The notes under the pieces were generated by a model, which did no database searches, was not told the DNA's origin, and worked only from the letters and a program-made list of their open reading frames with translations. From NCBI GenBank assembly GCA_034520665.1, contig JAXHNJ010000002.1:62230-126229 (forward strand): a stretch of DNA of 64,000 nucleotides, read 5' to 3'. Source of the DNA: Patescibacteria group bacterium. Lineage in GTDB: Bacteria > Patescibacteriota > Patescibacteriia > JAXHNJ01. The number at the start of each line of letters is the position of its first letter. Position 1 is the stretch's first letter. Positions 1-9,885 of this stretch are shown here, in pieces. A program made the position numbers and the translations under genes.

Positions 1-607
1 CTATTAAATTCTTCTGATAGTGTAATAATTTTAAAAAATAAGTAAAATTAATAATTATTTTAAAAAATAAATATAAATCTAATTCTTTTATAAAAATTAC
101 TATAGAATTCTTAACTTTACAGGGAATAGTTAAAAAAATAATGCCGTCAGTAACTATATTTTTTTTCATTTTTTCCAATGTAAAAATAGGCCTGTCAAGC
201 GCCCATAATGTATTAAAACACAAAATTAAATCAATATTATTAATATTGGGGAAATTATTATTTAAATTAATATTAAGTGTTTCTATTTTCAAAAAAACAC
301 TATTTTTCCGATAATTATCCTTTAAAGATTCGTTACTATTATCAACAGCATAGACATATAATTTTGATAAATCAAAATTATTATTTTTTAAATTTATTAT
401 GATTTTATTTAATAGTGAACCATTTCCAGAGCCCAAATCCATAATTTTTATTTTCTTCTTTTTAATTCCACTAATTACATTGGTTGCTTCATTTATAACC
501 TCATTAATATATAATTTATACTTACCGTGATTGTAAAATAACTTCTCTTGATACTTTAGATAAGAATACCAATTATCAATTTTATGGGGTTGTGTTTTTT
601 TAAACAT
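1..607 (-). CDS. Class I SAM-dependent methyltransferase, partial (3' end runs off the window)
   Basis: Manual translation from ATG at 607: MFKKTQPHKIDNWYSYLK...IMDLGSGNGSLL (SAM motif I). Reading frame appears open to base 1. Absent from the ORF track because no stop lies in the window. Confidence 0.8.
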   Translation of the reverse strand, partial: MFKKTQPHKIDNWYSYLKYQEKLFYNHGKYKLYINEVINEATNVISGIKKKKIKIMDLGSGNGSLLNKIIINLKNNNFDLSKLYVYAVDNSNESLKDNYRKNSVFLKIETLNINLNNNFPNINNIDLILCFNTLWALDRPIFTLEKMKKNIVTDGIIFLTIPCKVKNSIVIFIKELDLYLFFKIIINFTYFLKLLHYQKNLI

Positions 608-2123
608 ATTGTAACTTAATAGATTTTTTATTTAATCTTTTTCTATCCATATTCTTAACACAAACCGGATAATAGTCTGCTTTTTTTGAGGCATCAGCAA
701 ATTCTTTGTTTTTATTTTTTAAAACATCAAAAATTGTATTTGCAATTAATAAATTAAGCTTATCCTCTTTTACAACACTACCTAAATTATCTTTTAAATC
801 TATTTCTATTGTAAGTACAGGAGACATCTTATCATTTTTTGAAATATACATAAAAAATACGTTATTGTGTAAATCAGCAATTCTTTTATCTAACAATGCA
901 GACTTAATATTCTCTGTATAAACATTTGCTCCTCTAAAAAAAACAGTGCCGTCACTTCTACCAGCAATATAAATAAAAGGAAGTCTACATAATAATTGGG
1001 TATTTTTCGGCAACTTATTCAAATATTCATTAATATTAAACCCGTAATTATCGAGTAAATTAAACATCTTATCAAAACTTATTACTCCTCCCAAATCATG
1101 AATATTATACCTGATAAGAGGAGAAATGGAACTTGTTGTGGCGATAATCTCATTATTAATTTCCTCAACAAAGAAAAAAAGCGGATTATATTGCAATAGC
1201 ATAGGTCCTGCGTTTTTTAAATTCCCAAAAATATCTTTTGCCAATTTGCCATCTTCCATGCACATTCTTCTTATTTTTATTGATAAAAATGTTTCAGAAG
1301 CAGTCCCCGTCCCAAGTTCTGTTACCCCATAGTTAGAAAATATTTTGGGTATGTTAAAATTCTCTAAATTTATTCCTAGTTTTGAAGCAATATAGTCGCG
1401 CCAATTTTCCGGGAATCCCTCACCCCCAACAACTAAGGAAATAGGCACGCAATTATGAAATCCATTGCTATTTATTTTATCAGCCAAATCTTTAATATAT
1501 GGTGGATAACCAGAAATAATTATATGGTCAAATATTTTCTTAAAATTACTTATCACATCTAATGTAATTTCTATATCTGGCCCGGGATTTATTACAGTTA
1601 ATTTATATTTATCCGAGTAAGCAATTTCACGCATCAATCTTGATAATCTTTCACCACTTGGCCATATTCCATAGGCAAAACAATTAATAAATAATGTTTT
1701 GTGTTTTTTTAATTCGGCCAAATTTAATAATGCAAATTCAAATTGTGATCTAGTCCGATAATCTTCTTCTGGTAATCTAAACCAGTAAGTTGGCTTACCG
1801 GAAAATCCTGAGGTACCCTCGATAGAATGAGATTCACTTATTCTTGGATTAATTGATCTATCAACTAAAGAATATTTATTAATATAATTATGTTTATCTA
1901 TAATTGGTAATTTTTTAAATTCTTGGAAACTGTTTATAGAATATTTTAAATAATCATTTTTTTTTAAAAAGGATCTATAAGCTTTTACATTTTTTATTGC
2001 ATAATTAGCAATCCTAATCGCCCTATTTTCCGATCTTTTATTTATATTTGAAGTTGAAAGAAATTTAATAAATAGATTGCTTACAAGGGGTAAATTATTC
2101 AATTTTGCTATTATGCTCATCAT
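600..2123 (-). CDS. Phenylacetate-CoA ligase (PaaK)-like adenylate-forming enzyme
   Basis: ANL-type motifs GTSGFSGKP, GGEGF, YGVTE, PLIRYNIHDLG, GRSDG, GANVY. Confidence 0.8.
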   Translation of the reverse strand: MMSIIAKLNNLPLVSNLFIKFLSTSNINKRSENRAIRIANYAIKNVKAYRSFLKKNDYLKYSINSFQEFKKLPIIDKHNYINKYSLVDRSINPRISESHSIEGTSGFSGKPTYWFRLPEEDYRTRSQFEFALLNLAELKKHKTLFINCFAYGIWPSGERLSRLMREIAYSDKYKLTVINPGPDIEITLDVISNFKKIFDHIIISGYPPYIKDLADKINSNGFHNCVPISLVVGGEGFPENWRDYIASKLGINLENFNIPKIFSNYGVTELGTGTASETFLSIKIRRMCMEDGKLAKDIFGNLKNAGPMLLQYNPLFFFVEEINNEIIATTSSISPLIRYNIHDLGGVISFDKMFNLLDNYGFNINEYLNKLPKNTQLLCRLPFIYIAGRSDGTVFFRGANVYTENIKSALLDKRIADLHNNVFFMYISKNDKMSPVLTIEIDLKDNLGSVVKEDKLNLLIANTIFDVLKNKNKEFADASKKADYYPVCVKNMDRKRLNKKSIKLQYV

Positions 2124-2127
2124 AACA

Positions 2128-2826
2128 TTATATTTTTATCTCTGGAGTTTTTTTTGTCAAATATTTCGAAAAAGCAGGATTCATTTTATTCATATTCTCC
2201 GCCGCTTTATTAATATTTAAACACATAGTAAAAGAGGGGCATTGATGATTAATCTTGCTATAAAAATAAGGACCACTAACTTTTTTAAAACCGAATATAA
2301 GATAACGATCAGTAAAAAGGGTGGATACTGAGATACAAAAATTATTTATTCCGCATTTTTTTGCATAAAGCATAGCCCCCTTAACCAAACCAAAATAAAT
2401 TCTGATATTTTTTCTATAAGTTTTAGATATAATAAATCTACTTAATTCTGCAATATTTTTATTATATTTTCTATATTCTTTCAATGAATAATAACTTTCC
2501 GAAGGAAGTTCTGGATTATATAAATCATTTGGCACAATTCTCATCATACCTATTATTATATTATTTCTATCAATAGCAATAATACTCGCAGTTCCACTTC
2601 GTTTATCAAATTCATCAATTTCTTGTTTTTCTGAATAGTTCTCAGGATTTAAATACCCTTTTTCTAGGCAATAAACTTCGTAACGCAATCTATAAGTTTT
2701 TTTTAATTCATCATCACTACTTGCAATTCTAAACTCTATTATTTCAGTAGAGTTGGATTGAAAAATATACTTAAATAATAAAATCCATTTTATGAAAATT
2801 GCCTTTAGTTTTTTTCTAAAATTCAT
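2128..2826 (-). CDS. FeeM-like N-acyl amino acid synthase (GNAT/LuxI-like fold), cassette C
   Basis: YRLRYEVYC..KGY...EIDEFD, GMMR, AELSRFIISKTYR; paralogous to 5964-6671 and 9157-9849. Confidence 0.75.
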   Translation of the reverse strand: MNFRKKLKAIFIKWILLFKYIFQSNSTEIIEFRIASSDDELKKTYRLRYEVYCLEKGYLNPENYSEKQEIDEFDKRSGTASIIAIDRNNIIIGMMRIVPNDLYNPELPSESYYSLKEYRKYNKNIAELSRFIISKTYRKNIRIYFGLVKGAMLYAKKCGINNFCISVSTLFTDRYLIFGFKKVSGPYFYSKINHQCPSFTMCLNINKAAENMNKMNPAFSKYLTKKTPEIKI

Positions 2827-2867
2827 TTATTTACTATAAATATTTTACTCACTTCCGACACCTTTCA

Positions 2868-3082
2868 ATTATACCACTATACCACCAAAATCAAAAAAAC
2901 TCCAATTTCTCTGGAAGCTAAAAAAGCCCTAATCTAAAAGACTAAAGCCGGTTAATTTAAATTAATTCGTGAAAATAAATTAGTGGTAAAGTCCTGCACC
3001 TGCTGGTACAGCCGGGCGTTTTCTAAAGCTACCGCGGCTTGATTAGAAAGTGTAGAAAGTAGCTCAATATCTTCTTTGGTGT
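2868..3082 (-). repeat. Cassette-junction direct repeat R1 (sensor 3' tail + 30-bp invariant core + promoter)
   Basis: Aligns without gaps to R2 (offset 3840) and R3 (offset 7010); core atttaaattaattcgtgaaaataaattagt at 2955-2984 is identical in all three. Confidence 0.95.
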
Positions 3083-4400
3083 AAGCATCTTTAGAAATTT
3101 TATGACCTAAGATGAAAAGACCGTTGATTTGATCCTTAACCACAAAAGGTAGAACTATGGATACACCCATTTTTTTTAAAACTTGGGCCTGAGCTAAAAG
3201 CTCCTGGTTTTCTTTTTGCTTTGATCTGGATAATATTTCACCAATCACGACCGGTTTTTTAGTTTCCTCTAAATAGCGACAGAAATGCTGATAAGCACAG
3301 ACCTCTTCCAATTTATTCTTATCAAAACCAAGAATTTTATACAAAGAAAAAGGTTTTTGGCTGTTTCGGTTAGCAATGGCTACGGCTAGATTATCTAGGC
3401 GCATGGCATTTTGAATGGTTTTAATCACAACCTTAACCACCTCATCCAAATTAATAGTTTTAGAAATATTTTTTCCAAATTTTTCTAGAACTTCTTGATA
3501 ATCATAAAGACCAGAAAAGAAGTATTTATTGGCAAATCTTTTTAAAAATTTACTTAAATAATTAAAGCTTAGGAGAAATAAGGGAACAATAATAAGAGCC
3601 GAGAGATAAGAGCCTAAGGCAAAAGGACTTTTGAAGAAAAAATTATCAAACCAAAGAACAAAATAATAAGCGGAAAAAATAAAAAGAGCTAGTCCGACAT
3701 AAATAAATGATTTACGGAGAACAAAGCGGATGTCCATAAGACGGTGCTTAATAATGGAGTATGAAGTAACCCCAATAAAAATTAACATAAATAATGGCGC
3801 ATAAACACTAAAATTAATAATTCCAAACAAAGGTAATATCGCATTAGTTATAATACTAAGAAATGCCGAAATTGATATTCCCCAAAATAAATATTTTATT
3901 TGTTCCCTGAATATACCGCTACTGTTTCTAAACTTTATTAATAGATTTTTAAGAGACAGTCCTACATATATTAAAAAATACGCAATAAAAAAATAATACA
4001 TCACGCCTGGAATAGTTTCAGCACCCCAATCATGAATAATGGTTTCTTTAATATTTAATCTTGTCGGAGTTAATATTATAAAAATAAAAACTGGAATTGC
4101 TAAAATAATAAAATCTTTTTTTGTATATTTTCTTGTTAAATATGGAAAATAATTAGTAAATATCAATAGCAGATAAACTATAAAAATTGGACCAATAATG
4201 GTTAATTTTCCAAAAAATGTTGCAATATCAATATTTTTCGTAGTATCAGCAATAAGCAAAGTAGCTATCCATAAAGAAAGACTAAAAACTAATAATGAGA
4301 ATAATACATTAATAGGATTATTAGATTTTTTCTTATAAATAATAAAACCCAATATAATTGAAATTATTAAACTCGGTAGATATGTAATATATTTTATCAT
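2952..4400 (-). CDS. Membrane sensor input module (HisKA N-terminal 7TM region + GAF), no kinase domain
   Basis: Many TM segments, IIKHRLMDIR, GAF end DAYTKEDIELLSTLSNQAAVALENARLYQQVQDF; ends inside repeat R1; no H-box or HATPase motifs. Confidence 0.85.
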   Translation of the reverse strand: MIKYITYLPSLIISIILGFIIYKKKSNNPINVLFSLLVFSLSLWIATLLIADTTKNIDIATFFGKLTIIGPIFIVYLLLIFTNYFPYLTRKYTKKDFIILAIPVFIFIILTPTRLNIKETIIHDWGAETIPGVMYYFFIAYFLIYVGLSLKNLLIKFRNSSGIFREQIKYLFWGISISAFLSIITNAILPLFGIINFSVYAPLFMLIFIGVTSYSIIKHRLMDIRFVLRKSFIYVGLALFIFSAYYFVLWFDNFFFKSPFALGSYLSALIIVPLFLLSFNYLSKFLKRFANKYFFSGLYDYQEVLEKFGKNISKTINLDEVVKVVIKTIQNAMRLDNLAVAIANRNSQKPFSLYKILGFDKNKLEEVCAYQHFCRYLEETKKPVVIGEILSRSKQKENQELLAQAQVLKKMGVSIVLPFVVKDQINGLFILGHKISKDAYTKEDIELLSTLSNQAAVALENARLYQQVQDFTTNLFSRINLN

Positions 4401-4404
4401 TAGT

Positions 4405-5103
4405 TTAATCCTTTATAGCTATTAACATAATATTTTGACCCGCATAAACAATCTGACTATTAATTACCCTAAAATTATTTTTACTAAATAAACTTATATA
4501 ATCTTTAACGGAAAAAAAATTATAAAATCCCCCTTTTGCTTTTCTATCTATAATTTTATTAAAATACAGCAATATAATATATATTTTTATATTTTTTATA
4601 ATAAAGAATAACCCCCGAAAAAAACCATAATTTTTAAAAAATAACCGACAATCATTCTTAAATATTTTAATATTTTTGAATGATTTAAGTGGATCAGTCA
4701 CCACGATAATACCTCCTTTTTTAATTATTCTATAAAATTCTTTTACAATTAAATGTAAATGCTTTTTTTTAAAAACATACAATGTATTTATGCAGATAAT
4801 TCTATCAAATAAATTATTAGGAAAAAGTAATTTATTGCCTAGGTCTGCATGATATAATTTTGCATTTTTATGTTTTTCATTCAATAACTTCAGGGCTTTT
4901 TTTGAATTATCAATACTATGTACTTCATGGCCCATATCAAGAAGTTTTTTTGAGATTTGACCAGGTCCACATCCAGCATCAAGTATTATGTCTGAATTTC
5001 TGAGTTTTAAATTTTTAACTACTAAATTTAATAATTCATTATACGAGGGAGATAATTCCACAAACTTATTGTATGCCTTGTGATATTTATTCCAGAATTT
5101 CAT
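4405..5103 (-). CDS. Class I SAM-dependent methyltransferase, cassette B
   Basis: ILDAGCGPG motif I, FDRIIC, RIIKKGG. Confidence 0.85.
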   Translation of the reverse strand: MKFWNKYHKAYNKFVELSPSYNELLNLVVKNLKLRNSDIILDAGCGPGQISKKLLDMGHEVHSIDNSKKALKLLNEKHKNAKLYHADLGNKLLFPNNLFDRIICINTLYVFKKKHLHLIVKEFYRIIKKGGIIVVTDPLKSFKNIKIFKNDCRLFFKNYGFFRGLFFIIKNIKIYIILLYFNKIIDRKAKGGFYNFFSVKDYISLFSKNNFRVINSQIVYAGQNIMLIAIKD

Positions 5104-5184
5104 TATTTTAAAAAATTAAAACTCAAAATTATTAGATTAAGAAGAACGGCGATTATTTGAAAAATTAAATGGCTCATTTCTTTA

Positions 5185-5952
5185 TTATTTAATAAATTCA
5201 GTTAAATCAATATGATTATATTTAGGGGGAATGTAATTTCTATCGCTAATTATTTTTATAATATTCGTAACTATAAGAGATGAGGTTAAATTTGAAGCAA
5301 CCGCAAGTTGAGGATTAAATTTATTTATCTTTTTAATTAGCTCACTACTTTTATTAATAATATATTCTGGCATTTTTATCATTCCATTTTTATATAAACT
5401 AACAATAAAATCTAATTCACTTTTGGGTTTATTATTTTTTAAAAAATCATCTAAAGGGCCTGTTTTTTTATTAATAGTAATGAGCAAGGCTCCAAATCCT
5501 AAATTCATAGGTATAAAAACAGTTTTATCTTCATCTATAGTTTTATCTATTAATTTATAAAAAATATCATTAAGGTCTAAAGTATTTATAATAAAATCAT
5601 AATTTTTTACTAAGCGTAAGTGATTTGCTTTAAATTCTTTTGAATATGCAGTTATATCAGACGAAGGATTTATTAATTTTATAATACATTCCAAGGATTT
5701 AGCTTTGTTTTTACTTAAAAAATCCAAATTAAATACTTGCCTGTTTAAATTTGAAATTGTAACATTGTCAAAATCAAACAAAGTAAATCTTGCAAATCCC
5801 GTCCTTGTTGCTAATAAGGCAATGTTTCCGCCAAGCCCACAACCAGCAAACATTAAACTTATACTTTTTATCTTTTCTTGCATATCAGAATCAATAAACA
5901 AACAATTTCTGCTAATCATTTCGTTGTAATTGTATTGATATTTGTTTAACAT
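5185..5952 (-). CDS. ThiF/E1-like adenylyltransferase, cassette B
   Basis: SRN, AGCGLGG, DFDNVTISNLNRQ. Confidence 0.85.
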   Translation of the reverse strand: MLNKYQYNYNEMISRNCLFIDSDMQEKIKSISLMFAGCGLGGNIALLATRTGFARFTLFDFDNVTISNLNRQVFNLDFLSKNKAKSLECIIKLINPSSDITAYSKEFKANHLRLVKNYDFIINTLDLNDIFYKLIDKTIDEDKTVFIPMNLGFGALLITINKKTGPLDDFLKNNKPKSELDFIVSLYKNGMIKMPEYIINKSSELIKKINKFNPQLAVASNLTSSLIVTNIIKIISDRNYIPPKYNHIDLTEFIK

Positions 5953-5963
5953 CTTATATTTTT

Positions 5964-6671
5964 TTAAAACTCAAAATTATTTGATTTATAATTATAAAAA
6001 TAGAATAATAATCTATCTTTTTCTTTAACTTCGTCCGCTTTTTTTTTAATGTCAATAAAAAAGGGATAGTTGATGGCATTGAAGCAAAATTTGGGCTCAC
6101 CAATTAATTCAACTTCACCAACATAGTTATCAAGAGTTTTTAGAAACCATTTTTCCGCACAACCGAACCAGAATAAATAATCATTTTGCCTAGAAAAAAG
6201 ATAAATCGCTTTAAACATATCTAGCAAAAGCATTGTCTTCCTATAATCGGGGTGTATCATGAATCTTGATAATTCGGTTATTTTTTCTCGGGGAACATTT
6301 TTTAATCTTTTTACTAAATCAAATTCTTTTTCTGTGGGAAACCCAAGTGGCGAGTTCTTTATTATTCTTGAGGTACCAACAATGTTATTATAACGATCGA
6401 ACGCAATAATATGATCGGCGTATTTATCATATAAATCAGTTTCCTTTTTGTCGGGATACTCTTCTTTATTTAATAAGCCATCAACATTGCAATAAATATT
6501 ATATCTAAATTTATACACGCGCTCCATTAGTTCCTTGTTCTCTTCATCTCTAACAAAAATCAATTTGTATTGTTTATAAGGCCGCCTTAAATGAAACAAT
6601 AAATAAGCGCGCAGTAAAAATATTACTATGGGATTTTTGCTATTTTTTATTTTCTTTGCTGAAAAATTCAT
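5964..6671 (-). CDS. FeeM-like N-acyl amino acid synthase, cassette B
   Basis: YKFRYNIYC...ETDLYD, GTSR, GFPTE, ELSRFMIHPDYR. Confidence 0.75.
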   Translation of the reverse strand: MNFSAKKIKNSKNPIVIFLLRAYLLFHLRRPYKQYKLIFVRDEENKELMERVYKFRYNIYCNVDGLLNKEEYPDKKETDLYDKYADHIIAFDRYNNIVGTSRIIKNSPLGFPTEKEFDLVKRLKNVPREKITELSRFMIHPDYRKTMLLLDMFKAIYLFSRQNDYLFWFGCAEKWFLKTLDNYVGEVELIGEPKFCFNAINYPFFIDIKKKADEVKEKDRLLFYFYNYKSNNFEF

Positions 6672-6715
6672 TATATTACCCTTTGTTCAAATTCTTCTTT
6701 CTTTACCCTGCTTTA

Positions 6716-6935
6716 ATTATACCTAAAAAATTAAAAAAGCTCCAATTTCCCTGGAAGCCAAAAAAGCCCTAATCTAAAAGGTTAAAGCCGGTTGATTTAA
6801 ATTAATTCGTGAAAATAAATTAGTGGTAAAGTCCTGCACTTGCTGGTACAGCCGGGCGTTTTCTAAAGCAATAGAGGCTTGGTTGGTCAGAGAATTAAGA
6901 AGCTGTAGATCTTCTTTAGTTTAGGCATCTTTGGA
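6716..6935 (-). repeat. Cassette-junction direct repeat R2
   Basis: Near-identical to R1/R3 over 6725-6869; invariant core at 6795-6824; TATAAT at 6716-6721 on the minus strand. Confidence 0.95.
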
Positions 6936-8254
6936 AATCTTTTCACCTAAGACAATAATGCCGATCAATTTATTTTTAATAATCAAAGGCAGACACAAGG
7001 CCGCTTCAATTCTTTTCATATTAGCCTTTAATTTACCGATTTCCGACTTTTCACCCTGCCCATTACTTTTTAAAGACTCCAGTTTTTTGGTAAATAACTG
7101 GTTTTCTTTTTTCTAAAAGATAATTGGTGAGGAAATTATTTCTGACTAGAGAAATGCCGTTAGCTACGGAAAAGCCAATATTGCTCTTAACCTGGTAATT
7201 ATGGGTTTCTTGGTCAAATAATAAAACACCGGTTCGGTCCAGTTTCATGGTGTCTCTAATAGTTTTGACAATGGAAGTCAATGATTTGATCTAAATCAAT
7301 AGAATGAGTCAGTTTCTGGGCCAGTTTTTCCAGAGTAGCCTGGTAGTTGTAAATACTGGCAAAGAAGTATTTGTTGGCAATTCTTTCTAGGTAATTCTTT
7401 AAGGACTCAAAGAGGATTAAGCCGAGCAAAAGGACAATTGGGCCCCAAACACCCGGAGGAATGATTTCCTTGAAATAAGTCATTTCCAGCCAGTAAAGGC
7501 CGAGGGCGAGAAGGATAATTATAATAATGGTGGAAGCATAGATGGCAGTTCTTTTCACGACCAGGCGGATGTCCATGAGGCGGTGGCGGACGATGGCGTA
7601 GGAGGTGAAAACCACGAAAAAAATTATTGACTGAATACCTATATAACTAAATTCTTGAATATTAAATATAGGCAAAATAATGTTAGTTAAAATTGCAATA
7701 ACAGCAGAAATTAATATACCCAAGAAAACATATTTCATTTGCATTCTATGCAACCCTGAACTATTTTTATATTTTATTATTGCTTCGATAAAAGCATAAA
7801 TTATAAATAGAAGGAAATATATAATAAAAAATAAATAAAATGAACCGTAGATAAAATTTGTTCCCCATTCTTGAATATCTACATCTTTTACAATCAAGTT
7901 GGTGTACAGTAAAACTAATAATAATAATGGTACTATATAAATAAATAGTAACTTTTTTTTGGTAATTTCATTTTTATAAAAGGGGAATACGAGACTGAAA
8001 TGGAGTAATATTGCTGGTATTATTATTGGTCCTATAAAAACAATTTTACTTAAACTTAAAGCAATATTCTCATTTATTGCTCTATCTACTAAATAAGTGG
8101 AGAATATCCAAAATCCAATTACAAAAACTAAAAAACCAAAAATAATACTTTCTTTTTTGCCTTTAGATTCATAAAAAACATAAAAACAAAGCAAAAAATT
8201 GAGTAGTAAGATTATCAATGTAATTATTGAAGTAATATCAAATGAAAAATCCAT
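6774..8254 (-). pseudogene. Disrupted 7TM+GAF sensor input module, cassette A
   Basis: Paralog of 2952-4400 with a +1 frameshift near 7275 (GACTTCC), a +1 frameshift in the A-run at 7083-7088 and an in-frame TAA at 6921-6923 (DA*TKEDL vs DAYTKEDI). The repaired frame ends ENARLYQQVQDFTTNLFSRINLNQPALTF. Confidence 0.85.
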
Positions 8255-8262
8255 AATTAGTT

Positions 8263-9033
8263 TTATTTATTCGTATAAGCATCAAAAAATATTGGCACTG
8301 GCGCAAAATTAATTTTTACACCTTGAATAAGCTTAATTATTGCTGTTAAAGTAATCGAAGCCACAATATATGATCCAATACAAATTTGCGGATAATACCC
8401 TCTTTTTTTAATTTCTTGAAAAATACTATTAATATTTTTATTTTTTAAAAACGGAAGAGAATACTCTTCTAACGATTTAAATAATTTAATATAAAATTCA
8501 TGATCATTTTTAGGTATGTGATTGCCCCAAATTGATTCAGGCGATGCAGAATGTTTATTAAAAAGCAATAATAATCCTCGAAAACCCAAATTAAAGGGAC
8601 ATAATACAGTTTTATCATTTTTAATAAAATTCGAGATTACTGAAAAATAAATTTTATTAAGATCAACCGTGTTAACTACAAAATCATGTTTTTTTATTAA
8701 ACTTTTCAAAATTTTCTCATTAATATATTTATTTATTACCCTGATATTCGCATTAGAATTAATGTTTATTAAACGTTTTTTTAATCGCTTCGCTTTATTA
8801 TAATTTAAATCATCTAGAATATATGATTGTCTATTTAGATTTGAGATGTTAACTTCATCTCCGTCAGCAATTGTAATATTAGTGAATCCCATTCGAACCG
8901 CCACCTCTGAAATCACACTACCCAAACCACATCCAGCAAAAAGAATGCTAGTTTTTTTTATTTTTTTTTGTAAATTAGAGTCTATATAAATCCAATTTCT
9001 ACTTATAAACGTGTTATAATCAAAATTTTTCAT
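8263..9033 (-). CDS. ThiF/E1-like adenylyltransferase, cassette A
   Basis: SRN, AGCGLGS, DGDEVNISNLNRQ. Confidence 0.85.
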   Translation of the reverse strand: MKNFDYNTFISRNWIYIDSNLQKKIKKTSILFAGCGLGSVISEVAVRMGFTNITIADGDEVNISNLNRQSYILDDLNYNKAKRLKKRLININSNANIRVINKYINEKILKSLIKKHDFVVNTVDLNKIYFSVISNFIKNDKTVLCPFNLGFRGLLLLFNKHSASPESIWGNHIPKNDHEFYIKLFKSLEEYSLPFLKNKNINSIFQEIKKRGYYPQICIGSYIVASITLTAIIKLIQGVKINFAPVPIFFDAYTNK

Positions 9034-9156
9034 TTTTTATATTATTGTTGGTTAATTCTTGTTTATCTATTGCATATACTACTCTAAATCCTTGATAAAA
9101 GAAAATGTAAACCTTCATGAATACAAAATATATTTATTCAAAAAAATTATTTATAA

Positions 9157-9849
9157 CTAGTGTATACTATAACTATTCCCTTCACCATTATACTTAATTA
9201 GCCCTTTTTTTAAGTACTTCCATAAGTTTATATTTTCATTTTTAAGGTTTTCTTCCATTTCTGAAATATCTAAAATAAAAGGCGTGGTAATCCCCTGATA
9301 TAATGTCGGCGGACCAATTTTTTTAAAAGGAAAACCAAGTTTAATTAATATGGGGTATAAATTATCATCCATAACGGCAAAAACGTGAGTAATATTCTTT
9401 TCTTTCACAAAAGTGTACATGCCTTTAATCAGGGCGAGAAGGAGAAAATGCTTCCGGTATTTTTTAGCGACAATCAGACGGGATATTTCAGCCAATTTGC
9501 TTCTGTTCTTTTGAAGGATATCAACTTCAATTTTCATGTTTTTCTCTATCGGAAATCCCATTTCTGAGTTTAAAATTAATCTGACCGTGGCGGCTAAATT
9601 TCTAGTTTGTTTTTCTCTTAGTATAAAATGAACTGATTTATCATCATAATTGTCTTTTTCTTTTTTCCCCGGATGTTTATCCTTGTCAATATAACTAAAT
9701 TCCTCGCAAAATACTTCGTAGCGAAGCTTAAAAATTTTTTCTAGTTCAGATTTAGAGTCAGTAGTGTAAAAAATAAACTTATCAGAAAAGCTTCTTTGGA
9801 ACTGCCAAAATTCATAAAATCTTCTTAACTTTTTTATTATTTTTATCAT
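9157..9849 (-). CDS. FeeM-like N-acyl amino acid synthase, cassette A
   Basis: FKLRYEVFCEE...EKDNYD, ATVRL, GFPIE, AEISRLIVAKKYR. Confidence 0.75.
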   Translation of the reverse strand: MIKIIKKLRRFYEFWQFQRSFSDKFIFYTTDSKSELEKIFKLRYEVFCEEFSYIDKDKHPGKKEKDNYDDKSVHFILREKQTRNLAATVRLILNSEMGFPIEKNMKIEVDILQKNRSKLAEISRLIVAKKYRKHFLLLALIKGMYTFVKEKNITHVFAVMDDNLYPILIKLGFPFKKIGPPTLYQGITTPFILDISEMEENLKNENINLWKYLKKGLIKYNGEGNSYSIH

Positions 9850-9885
9850 TTTCTATAACTAGTGCTCACTTCCCTTCTTGTTTTC

